A stretch of DNA of 64,000 bases, from the NCBI GenBank assembly GCA_965267285.1, contig OZ253948.1, forward strand, positions 1,037,480-1,101,479, given 5' to 3'. Numbering within the stretch: the first letter of the stretch is position 1; every line of letters begins with the position of its first letter. Both the position numbers and the translations under genes were made by a program. Below, one piece after another: positions 10,138 to 17,546 of this stretch. Source of the stretch: Salibacteraceae bacterium. Its GTDB lineage: Bacteria; Bacteroidota; Bacteroidia; Flavobacteriales_G; Salibacteraceae. The notes beneath the pieces were generated by a model, which had not been told where the DNA came from, ran no database searches, and was given only the letters and a program-made list of their open reading frames with translations.

Positions 10138-10239
10138 TATTCACCCGCTCTTTTTGCAGGTTCACCCTGTAAAATTGCGGATTCACACAATTTCCTCTCT
10201 TTGATTATCAATTGAGTTGCTAGGGGTCTAGGTTTAGGT

Positions 10240-11754
10240 ATGCCTAGAACACCAATGATTCAGCTGCTGTTGCCCCTTCTGATGGGAATCCTGTTGGGCC
10301 ATCAGATAGAGGAGGAATGGCCAATGTGGCTGTCGATGATTGCCCTGTTGCTTTGCCTATTGCTCATTTGTTTTCGAAAGCCGGGCTTCTCAGGGATGAT
10401 GCTTCAATTATTCCTACTGCTTTATGGTATGTCTGGTGGTGCCCGCATTGGTCGTATTCCAGATCAACATTTCAGTAAAGGAGACTATCAGCATCTGATT
10501 TGTAGAGTGAATGAGGTAACAAATTACACATGGGGGTGTAGGGGCACGGTTGATGTAATCAAGGTTGTCGATACGCTGGGCAGGATTAGAGAGAAGCGGG
10601 GGCAAATAGTATTTCGGTCATTTCTTGACCCCAATCAATTAAGTATAGGATCAGTATGGCTTCTAAACAGATCGGACATCCGGGAAACAGATACGGCTGT
10701 TCTAGGGGCTGGGTATGCCGCTTACCTTAAGCGCCAAGGCGTCTTTCATTCGGCAACAATCAATAGTATCGAAAACCAGGTAGGCAAGTCCAGCTTGAAT
10801 TTTGCCGAACGAGCAAGGCGAATTATTCGGAGCGCTACGTCTAATCTGGGACTGTCGACTTCAAATACGGCAATTATATATGCGCTGCTAACCGGAGACA
10901 AAGCGGGTATTGATAAAAGCATAAGACGTGACTTTGCACGAAGTGGGGTAGTGCACGTCCTGGCGGTATCCGGTATGCACGTGGGAATGCTGTTTCTCGT
11001 GCTCAATTTCCTTTTCAAATACGCTGTGCGCTCGAAGAAAATAAGAGCAGTATTAATCCTGATTTGCCTTTGGTCTTATTGCGCCGTTGCAGGTTTTAGC
11101 CCTAGCATCTCGAGGGCCTGCACGATGTTTACTTTTATCATTGTAGCGGACTCTTTGGGGCGCAGAACGTCGATCTATAATTCAATTGCCGCGTCCGCAT
11201 TTCTACTCCTGATAATCAACCCGGCCAACTTGCTGGAAATCGGATTTCAGCTTTCGTATTCCGCAGTGATAGGCATAGTATGGATGCATCCAAAGTTAAA
11301 TTCAATGCTGTCCATTGGCATTCCGGTTGTAAAGCCCGTTTGGTCGCTTTGTTGTGTTTCTATTGCGGCACAATTGGGGACGCTTCCTTTGGTTCTATAC
11401 TACTTTGGTCAATTCCCAACCTATTTTCTTATTTCCAACCTGATCACCATTCCCATGATCACCTACGTTTTTTGCACCTCTCTGGCGGCAGTAGTATTGA
11501 GCGTTTGCGGATATTCATTTCCTCAATTACACGCCATATTGGACTATCCGCTATGGTGCTTGAGGGGATTCCTACGGTCGATATCTACCGCCGACTATGC
11601 AGTAGTGAATTGGAACGTAAACGATCTCCTTCACACCAGCCTCATGGTCGCCGTTATCATTTTCCTTTTCCAATTGTGCTTCCAAGGACGGATAAGAAAG
11701 GTGCCACTTGTCCTGGCAACATTGTTGACGCTTCTTGTCCTTCACAATTCTTGA
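10240..11754 (+). CDS. comEC: ComEC/Rec2-family competence membrane protein (channel domain only)
   Basis: Polytopic protein with the conserved ...FARSGVVHVLAVSGMHVG... competence-domain motif. No C-terminal MBL domain is visible. Confidence 0.8.
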   Translation: MPRTPMIQLLLPLLMGILLGHQIEEEWPMWLSMIALLLCLLLICFRKPGFSGMMLQLFLLLYGMSGGARIGRIPDQHFSKGDYQHLICRVNEVTNYTWGCRGTVDVIKVVDTLGRIREKRGQIVFRSFLDPNQLSIGSVWLLNRSDIRETDTAVLGAGYAAYLKRQGVFHSATINSIENQVGKSSLNFAERARRIIRSATSNLGLSTSNTAIIYALLTGDKAGIDKSIRRDFARSGVVHVLAVSGMHVGMLFLVLNFLFKYAVRSKKIRAVLILICLWSYCAVAGFSPSISRACTMFTFIIVADSLGRRTSIYNSIAASAFLLLIINPANLLEIGFQLSYSAVIGIVWMHPKLNSMLSIGIPVVKPVWSLCCVSIAAQLGTLPLVLYYFGQFPTYFLISNLITIPMITYVFCTSLAAVVLSVCGYSFPQLHAILDYPLWCLRGFLRSISTADYAVVNWNVNDLLHTSLMVAVIIFLFQLCFQGRIRKVPLVLATLLTLLVLHNS

Positions 11755-11765
11755 AACGCAGGCAC

Positions 11766-11794
11766 AAAAAAAGGGCTCTGTGCTGAGCCCTTTT
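11766..11794. terminator. Bidirectional rho-independent terminator between comEC and the cassette operon
   Basis: AAAAGGGCTC-tgtgct-GAGCCCTTTT: a GC-rich stem flanked by an A-run and a T-run, in a convergent 61-nt gap. Confidence 0.6.
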
Positions 11795-11815
11795 ACTTGA
11801 CCATTTAATGATCTA

Positions 11816-12337
11816 TTATTCTGTTCCCTGTGTGCTTTCTCCTTCGAATGCGGCGTATTCGTCTTCGTATCCTATCATGATCACCACACATCCTTTTTGG
11901 ATGGTTTTGGTGTCTTCTGAAATAGAGGCCGGAACCAGGAAGTCAATATAAATGGCCGGAATACCCAATTCGATTTCCGGTTCATACGTGAATTGCCCAT
12001 CAGAACTATTGAAGGACGCCAATTCATCTCGCTTCTTGGCAAAAGAGCTCTCGCTATAGATCTTGATAATGATGTCCTGAGGAAGGCTTTCCGTGTTGAA
12101 CACAAACCTGTGGCGCGTGTCAAACATCAATGGAAAGCTGATTTCCTTTCTTTGGTTGTATCGGCGATAGAATATTCGCTGAACAGCCATGTTGGTATAT
12201 CGGTAAGGTACCAGTTCCTTTTTGCACTTCAGCTTGGCTTCCGTTACGTTGCACGTGGCCTTGCCTGTTTGTGGTGTAGTTGCCGCAATAAAGCCAAAGG
12301 CTATAAATCCGGCAGTAAGTACGATTAAACTTCTCAT
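11816..12337 (-). CDS. Cassette protein A, copy 1 (small exported protein with conserved Cys pair; unknown family)
   Basis: Signal peptide. Paralogous to 13240-13695 and 14556-15053 (VPYRY, KEISFPLMFDTRHRFVFNT, IYIDFLV, QKGCVVI). Confidence 0.75.
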   Translation of the reverse strand: MRSLIVLTAGFIAFGFIAATTPQTGKATCNVTEAKLKCKKELVPYRYTNMAVQRIFYRRYNQRKEISFPLMFDTRHRFVFNTESLPQDIIIKIYSESSFAKKRDELASFNSSDGQFTYEPEIELGIPAIYIDFLVPASISEDTKTIQKGCVVIMIGYEDEYAAFEGESTQGTE

Positions 12338-12338
12338 T

Positions 12339-13214
12339 TTACGCTTCCGTTATGGTTGATCTAAGTGTTAAAATTTTCTCGGCAATGGCATCCATGTCTT
12401 CGTCACTCAATTCCAATTCGCTGAAATTGATTCGCCCATCTGCGTCGCGTATGTCCATCTCTTCGTAGTATGTCTTGATACCATTCAGTCCATTCACTAC
12501 ATCATCGATATCTTCAAGATTTCTTTTAGAGCCTTCCAAGGCACCCAACAAATTGTTTAGGATATTCATCTGCTCAATCAATCTCTTAGAGACTGCACCT
12601 TTATTCTCACGATTGAACGCCTTCACACCGAGGTACATACCTTCGATCCAGGCACCGGCAAAAATCACATAGGTCTGTGCCCTCATATCATTTTCTGAGA
12701 TAAAGACATCGGTATTTTCCTGTATTTCCACCAGCAAGTTCAAAATGGAGTCCTGGTTGCCAATATTGGCCTCAAACCTTTCGGCCAACCCATCTTTATT
12801 AAAAATCGAGCCAAACCCAATATTTTCTGACAAATCTTTCACGGCCTTGAGTAGGGCAAGCGAATTCTGAGATTGATCGTTCAGGATACTGTAGGCCATG
12901 TCAGCCGAATAAACACCAAAATTCAGCAGTTGGCTGTTTTTGCTCACAAACTTGCTTGCATTTTCCGGGCTAGCCGTAATGCCGTCGACATATCCGAGTC
13001 CGGACCTCTTGAAAATGGTCCCAATCTGAAGGGCAGAGGGAAGGTAGAAGCTGTGCTCTTCTTCCGGAAAGTCTCCGGATTCTTCCTGGATCATTTCATC
13101 CTGCAACTGTTCTTGCATGTCTTCACTTGATTCTTGAGTCTCGCCTCCACCCCCACAGGAAGGTGCCAAACCCAAGACCAGAACGGCCATCATCAAATAC
13201 AAGAATTTTCTCAT
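12339..13214 (-). CDS. Cassette protein B, copy 1 (lipoprotein with acidic tether; unknown family)
   Basis: Start moved to ATG 13214 (MRKFLYLMMAVLVLGLAPSCGGGG lipobox). Paralogous to 13692-14555 and 15063-15926. Confidence 0.75.
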   Translation of the reverse strand: MRKFLYLMMAVLVLGLAPSCGGGGETQESSEDMQEQLQDEMIQEESGDFPEEEHSFYLPSALQIGTIFKRSGLGYVDGITASPENASKFVSKNSQLLNFGVYSADMAYSILNDQSQNSLALLKAVKDLSENIGFGSIFNKDGLAERFEANIGNQDSILNLLVEIQENTDVFISENDMRAQTYVIFAGAWIEGMYLGVKAFNRENKGAVSKRLIEQMNILNNLLGALEGSKRNLEDIDDVVNGLNGIKTYYEEMDIRDADGRINFSELELSDEDMDAIAEKILTLRSTITEA

Positions 13215-13239
13215 CTTTTTTAGTTTTCGTTGCGCAAAA

Positions 13240-13695
13240 TTAGTGTTTGAAACCCGAATAGAGCATAATACACCCCAATCCTTTTGAATCCCCAGACGAA
13301 TTATCGTTTGAACTGACAATATAATCAATAAATATTCGATTGTTTACCGAGGTTGCCGGAGGGTCATACACTATGAGTTCTTCGCTCGATTGTGCTTCAA
13401 ATATCTTTTTTCGGTCCGGATAATTCACAGGGGCATTCCAGATCTGAACGCTACAACTTCCGTTGAGTTCGCGGGTGTTGAAAATAAGGCGGTACTCCGA
13501 ATCGTGAAAGATGGGAATCTGCAATTCTTTTTTCTGTTCATCAGTGCTTTCCCCGAATCGTGTTGTTTTGAAAGCGTAGTATTGGAAGGGCTTGAGGGAT
13601 TTGGAACATTCTTTTTTGAGCTCTTCCCAGTCGCACTGCTGCCCGTGGGCAAAAGAACCTGCAGACAAAAAGACGATAACCAAAAGGTTTCTCAT
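13240..13695 (-). CDS. Cassette protein A, copy 2
   Basis: Signal peptide MRNLLVIVFLSAGSFAHGQ. Shares KPFQY, KELQIPIFHDSEYRLIFNT, IFIDYIV and KGLGCIM with copies 1 and 3. ATGA overlap with B copy 2. Confidence 0.75.
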   Translation of the reverse strand: MRNLLVIVFLSAGSFAHGQQCDWEELKKECSKSLKPFQYYAFKTTRFGESTDEQKKELQIPIFHDSEYRLIFNTRELNGSCSVQIWNAPVNYPDRKKIFEAQSSEELIVYDPPATSVNNRIFIDYIVSSNDNSSGDSKGLGCIMLYSGFKH

Positions 13696-14555
13696 GATTC
13701 TGATAAGGTGATGTTGTTGCGCACTCGACCAATGATGCCTGTCAGAGCATTGAGCTCCGCCTCGGTCAGTGAATTCTCGTCAAACTGAAATGCGCCTTCG
13801 CTATAGTTCTCTGATGATATAAAAAGTTGGTTGAGTTCAGTGAGTCCTGAAACGAAAGTTGTCAGCTCTTCTGACTGACCAGGGTAGATTGTCAATCCCC
13901 GAATGATGGGCTCCAGCATATAGGCTTGCTCAGAGAGCCTTTTTCCGAGCTCCTCATTCTTGTTTGAACCATAGGAAGTAATGCCTACATACATACCCTC
14001 AATCCAGGCACCTGAGAATATCACCATTGCAGTATGCTCTTCATTGCTGCGTTCCACATACATGTCTGTCTGCTCCTGGACCTGAAGTATGATTTCCATC
14101 ACCGAATCCTTATTTCCTACGTTGGCCTCAAAGCGCTTCAATAAATTGTCTGTATTGAAAATCTCTCCCATTCCAGTCTCTTCAGAAAGCTTCTTCATCT
14201 TGGCGATATACTCCTTGGAGAGCTGATTTTGATCGTTGAGCACACAGTAGAAGAGGTCGGCAGAGTAAACGCCGAAATTCAGGAGTTTGCTCACCCGGGA
14301 GTTGTATTTCTCTACGTTCGATGGACTGTTTGTAAGGCCTTCGGAGAATTCCAGCCCTGATTTTTTGAAAAGGCCTGAAATGTGAAAGGCCGAGGGCAGC
14401 ACGGAACTACTCTCCCTTTCGGGCATCTCCTGCACGGTTTCCTCCTGTGCAAGTTCCTTCGTTTCCTGTTCGATCTGTGAGGTGTCTGCTTGCCCACAAG
14501 AGCAAAGCACCGCTGCAACGGCAACAGACCAAAAAGCAGCTGAAGTTAATCGCAT
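13692..14555 (-). CDS. Cassette protein B, copy 2 (lipoprotein)
   Basis: MRLTSAAFWSVAVAAVLCSCGQ lipobox, an E/Q-rich tether, and shared motifs LNFGVYSAD, LNDQ, RFEANVGNKDS and IFSGAWIEGMYVG. Confidence 0.75.
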   Translation of the reverse strand: MRLTSAAFWSVAVAAVLCSCGQADTSQIEQETKELAQEETVQEMPERESSSVLPSAFHISGLFKKSGLEFSEGLTNSPSNVEKYNSRVSKLLNFGVYSADLFYCVLNDQNQLSKEYIAKMKKLSEETGMGEIFNTDNLLKRFEANVGNKDSVMEIILQVQEQTDMYVERSNEEHTAMVIFSGAWIEGMYVGITSYGSNKNEELGKRLSEQAYMLEPIIRGLTIYPGQSEELTTFVSGLTELNQLFISSENYSEGAFQFDENSLTEAELNALTGIIGRVRNNITLSES

Positions 14556-15053
14556 TTAGACGTTTTTGTACCCTGATCCGAGAACAACGCATCCTTTTTG
14601 GATCACGTCGTCGTCAGTTTTTTCGACTGCAGGGATGATGTAGTTGATGTACACTCGATTTTTCAGATAGGTATCGTCCAACTCGAAGCTGAACATCTTT
14701 TCTGTTGAAGTTTTGATCAATTGTGCATCACCTTTTCTGAGTCCCATGGGTTGATCATATATCTCTACTGTGATATCCTTCGGAAGGCCTTCGGTATTAA
14801 TCACAAACTTGTAGTCCGTGTCGAAGAATAATGGTATCGCTACTTCCTTCACCTGGTCGTAATTTTTGAAAGTGATCCTGGTGGTTGTTGTTCTTTCATA
14901 CCGAAAAGGCACCATTTCCTTTTTTACTGCAGCCGAGGACTCCTCGCGATTGCAGGTATCGTTTATTCCGGAGTCGTCTTTTTTACCTCCGGAGGCAGAA
15001 ACTGAAACAATTACAGCTAGGATTAACAGAGATTTTATGATGGGTAATTTCAT
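14556..15053 (-). CDS. Cassette protein A, copy 3
   Basis: Signal peptide. VPFRY, KEVAIPLFFDTDYKFVINT, VYINYII and QKGCVVL motifs. Its stop TAA abuts the ATG of B copy 2 (TAAATG). Confidence 0.75.
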   Translation of the reverse strand: MKLPIIKSLLILAVIVSVSASGGKKDDSGINDTCNREESSAAVKKEMVPFRYERTTTTRITFKNYDQVKEVAIPLFFDTDYKFVINTEGLPKDITVEIYDQPMGLRKGDAQLIKTSTEKMFSFELDDTYLKNRVYINYIIPAVEKTDDDVIQKGCVVLGSGYKNV

Positions 15054-15062
15054 GACTGTATT

Positions 15063-15926
15063 TTAAGAGTTTGACGTAATGACGTTGCGCATGCTTTCTA
15101 CACGTGAAGAGATTTCATTTACGTGCTCCTCGGAGATGTTGTAACCAACATTCCGATTGTCATTGTCTACAATTTCTGCGTCTTCGTAGTACTTCAGCAG
15201 ATCTGAAAGTGAGCCGCGAACAGAAATCAACTTCTCGTTTTCCAATCCGCTCTGTTCCAAAAGTCCTACCAAGTTTTTCAAAATGTTCATCTGTTCGGCC
15301 AACCTGGCTGGAATCGCATGATCGTCTTCCCTTGGTGAATTTGCCCCGAGGTACATCCCTTCAACCCATCCCCCTGAGAAAATGATGGCCTCCAGGTCGT
15401 CCTGGTCGTTTTCGTGGATGTGGAAGTCAATGCGATCCTGTACATCAATAAGAATCGACAGAACCGAGTCCTGGTTGCCGATGTTGTTCTCAAATCTGTC
15501 GAGTAGGTTAGTTCCCTCAAAGATGGATGACATACCAATATCGTCCGCAACCAATTTCATCGCTTTGAGATATTCTTTTGCTTGCTGTGCCTGGTCGTTC
15601 AGCACGCAATAAGTCATATCGGCAAAGTACATACCCAACATCAACGACTTGTCAATTCTGGTTTCGTAGTTGGACACACCGGCTGGGTCGTTGGTGATTC
15701 CATCTTGAAATTTGAGTCCTGCACTTCGGAAAATCGAACCTATCTGGAGTGGGCTGGGTAGCATGAAGATTTCATCGGGCTCATCCTCCTCTTCCAATTC
15801 CATTTCGATTTCTTCCCCCGAAATCTCATCCTGGATTTCATCCTGAGTATTTTGCTGGTCGCTTCCACCACAGGAGGTGATAAAAAGCATGAAAACCAAG
15901 CAACTAAACAAACTAATTATTCTCAT
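15063..15926 (-). CDS. Cassette protein B, copy 3 (lipoprotein)
   Basis: The listed start 15944 is TTG. ATG 15926 gives MRIISLFSCLVFMLFITSCGG (lipobox). Very acidic tether, and the same core motifs as copies 1 and 2. Confidence 0.75.
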   Translation of the reverse strand: MRIISLFSCLVFMLFITSCGGSDQQNTQDEIQDEISGEEIEMELEEEDEPDEIFMLPSPLQIGSIFRSAGLKFQDGITNDPAGVSNYETRIDKSLMLGMYFADMTYCVLNDQAQQAKEYLKAMKLVADDIGMSSIFEGTNLLDRFENNIGNQDSVLSILIDVQDRIDFHIHENDQDDLEAIIFSGGWVEGMYLGANSPREDDHAIPARLAEQMNILKNLVGLLEQSGLENEKLISVRGSLSDLLKYYEDAEIVDNDNRNVGYNISEEHVNEISSRVESMRNVITSNS

Positions 15927-15999
15927 CAAAAGGTGATTTTTCAATGGCTACGAATATAAAGAAAGAATATGGATTAACAATACCAAAATGCCCTTGCAG

Positions 16000-16017
16000 A
16001 AAGGCTTTCAAGCCTTT
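16000..16017. promoter_or_regulatory. 18-bp palindrome AAAGGCTT-tc-AAGCCTTT in the divergent control region
   Basis: Perfect 8-bp arms, read directly. It overlaps the candidate -33 TTTG of the antiporter promoter. Possible regulator site. Confidence 0.3.
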
Positions 16018-16044
16018 GGAAATTGAGAAAGTTTTATATTTTTG
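16015..16044 (+). promoter_or_regulatory. Candidate promoter of the antiporter gene (TTTG-N18-TATTTTTG)
   Basis: Matches the Bacteroidota -33 TTTG / -7 TAnnTTTG architecture, 31 nt upstream of ATG 16076. Confidence 0.4.
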
Positions 16045-16075
16045 GTTGCATTGGTAACCCTTTTAAAAACTCAAT

Positions 16076-17410
16076 ATGAACCTATTAACCGTCCTGCTTA
16101 ACTCTGGAGGGGATACCGTAGGAGCCATGAGTGTGCTTGACCTCTTGGCGTTACTTGTCTTCCTCGCAGCGGTTTTCACCTTCATCAACATTCACTACTT
16201 AAAGTTACCTGCTACGATCGGGCTCATGATCCTGGCGCTCGCCATGTCCATCATTATCGTAGGTATTGGGATGCTTTATCCACCGCTTAGGGAGGGTGCG
16301 GAAGGTATCATGAAGAACTTTGATTTCACCGAGGTACTACTCAATATTATGTTGAACTTCCTGCTCTTCGCAGGCGCCTTACATGTTGATTTCCAGAAAC
16401 TAAAGGAAGAATTTGCACCTATCCTTGTACTGGCCTTTTTTGGTACTCTTTTGAGTACATTCCTCGTCGCCGTTGGGATATACTACGTGATAGACTTCCT
16501 CCAGGTCGGGTTTGAAGTGAAGTTCATTCACTGTCTGCTCTTTGGGGCTCTGATATCACCTACGGACCCCATTGCGGTGCTGGCTATTCTCAAGACAACA
16601 AATATCTCTAAGAACTTATCCATCAAGATCGAAGGGGAGTCACTCTTCAACGATGGTATTGGTGTTGTGGTCTTTTTGACTATCCTCTCCATTGCCACGG
16701 CTTCAAGTGCCGGTGGTGGAGATGCTGGTGTGGAGCCGATGACTGTTCTCGGGCTCTTTGGACAAGAGGTGTTCGGGGGAGTTATGATGGGGCTTGCACT
16801 TGGTTTCTTTGGGTATTACATCCTTGAAATCATCGACAATGAGCATATGGAGCTCGAGGTTTTAACAACGTTATCGCTTGTGCTTGTTGGCGGTCAGGTG
16901 GCTGCCTCCATCCACGTCTCCGGGCCGCTGGCAATGGTTACCATGGGTCTGGTGATAGGGCAGGGCAATAGTGAAGATACGGAACAGGAAGGTATTGCCG
17001 GTGAATATGTTCTGAAGTTCTGGGAGCTGGTCGACGAGGCCATGAATGCCATACTGTTCATCCTGATAGGGCTGCAGATACTGATCATTACCTTCGAACT
17101 CGACTTCATATATGCAGGCATTATTGGAATATTCGTTGTACTCGCCTGTCGGTTCGTGGGTATTGGTATACCATTGATCATCATGCAATTCTTCCGGAAG
17201 ATGGATCGTGGTACCATACCGATATTGACCTGGGGAGGCCTGAGAGGAGGACTGTCAGTAGCCCTGGCACTCTCGCTTCATGCGAAATTGGGACAGGAAG
17301 GCTCTGCTGTTGCGGACTTAATTACCGCCATCACTTATTGTGTTGCACTATTCTCCATCCTTGTACAGGGTATGACCATTGAGAGACTGGTTAAGCGGTA
17401 CGCTTCTTAA
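16076..17410 (+). CDS. Cation:proton (Na+/H+) antiporter, CPA1/NhaP-like
   Basis: About 12 TM. Typical motifs FGALISPTDPIAV and ESLFNDG. Confidence 0.85.
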   Translation: MNLLTVLLNSGGDTVGAMSVLDLLALLVFLAAVFTFINIHYLKLPATIGLMILALAMSIIIVGIGMLYPPLREGAEGIMKNFDFTEVLLNIMLNFLLFAGALHVDFQKLKEEFAPILVLAFFGTLLSTFLVAVGIYYVIDFLQVGFEVKFIHCLLFGALISPTDPIAVLAILKTTNISKNLSIKIEGESLFNDGIGVVVFLTILSIATASSAGGGDAGVEPMTVLGLFGQEVFGGVMMGLALGFFGYYILEIIDNEHMELEVLTTLSLVLVGGQVAASIHVSGPLAMVTMGLVIGQGNSEDTEQEGIAGEYVLKFWELVDEAMNAILFILIGLQILIITFELDFIYAGIIGIFVVLACRFVGIGIPLIIMQFFRKMDRGTIPILTWGGLRGGLSVALALSLHAKLGQEGSAVADLITAITYCVALFSILVQGMTIERLVKRYAS

Positions 17411-17440
17411 AACAGCATCAATCTTTTAAAGCGTTAAAAA

Positions 17441-17472
17441 CCCCGTTCACCATTCGGTGAACGGGGTTTTTT
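17441..17472 (+). terminator. Rho-independent terminator
   Basis: CCCCGTTCACC-attc-GGTGAACGGGG followed by TTTTTT. Confidence 0.85.
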
Positions 17473-17516
17473 GTGGACATATTCCAAATGGCTGGGTAAA
17501 TAGATTGAATCAGCTA

Positions 17517-17535
17517 GCCTAATTTTGAAAACATC
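17517..17535 (+). promoter_or_regulatory. 19-nt element GCCTAATTTTGAAAACATC containing -7 box TAATTTTG (copy 2)
   Basis: Identical to 8946-8964. It ends 11 nt before ATG 17547. Confidence 0.45.
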
Positions 17536-17546
17536 AAAGCTTAACT

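Noticed and set aside
10240-11754. ComEC gene as a truncated pseudogene (504 aa, no MBL domain).
   Set aside because: The ORF is intact with a plausible start and stop and a clean terminator. Channel-only ComEC/Rec2 homologues exist, so truncation cannot be claimed from sequence alone.
13215-13328. N-terminal extension of cassette protein B1 (listed ORF start 13328) overlapping the end of A2. Similar extensions occur at 15927-15944, 5978-6058, 36106-36156, 57415-57459 and 47300-47356.
   Set aside because: The extended starts precede perfectly formed signal peptides or lipoboxes that begin at internal ATGs. Several listed starts are TTG or GTG. One extension would run through a terminator hairpin.
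11816-15926. Interpretation of the A/B cassette as T6SS-type effector-immunity pairs or a polymorphic toxin locus.
   Set aside because: Both partners carry Sec signal peptides or lipoboxes, whereas effectors normally do not. No toxin, Rhs, PAAR, VgrG or secretion genes are nearby. An array of periplasmic inhibitors remains possible, but an effector-immunity reading is not supported.
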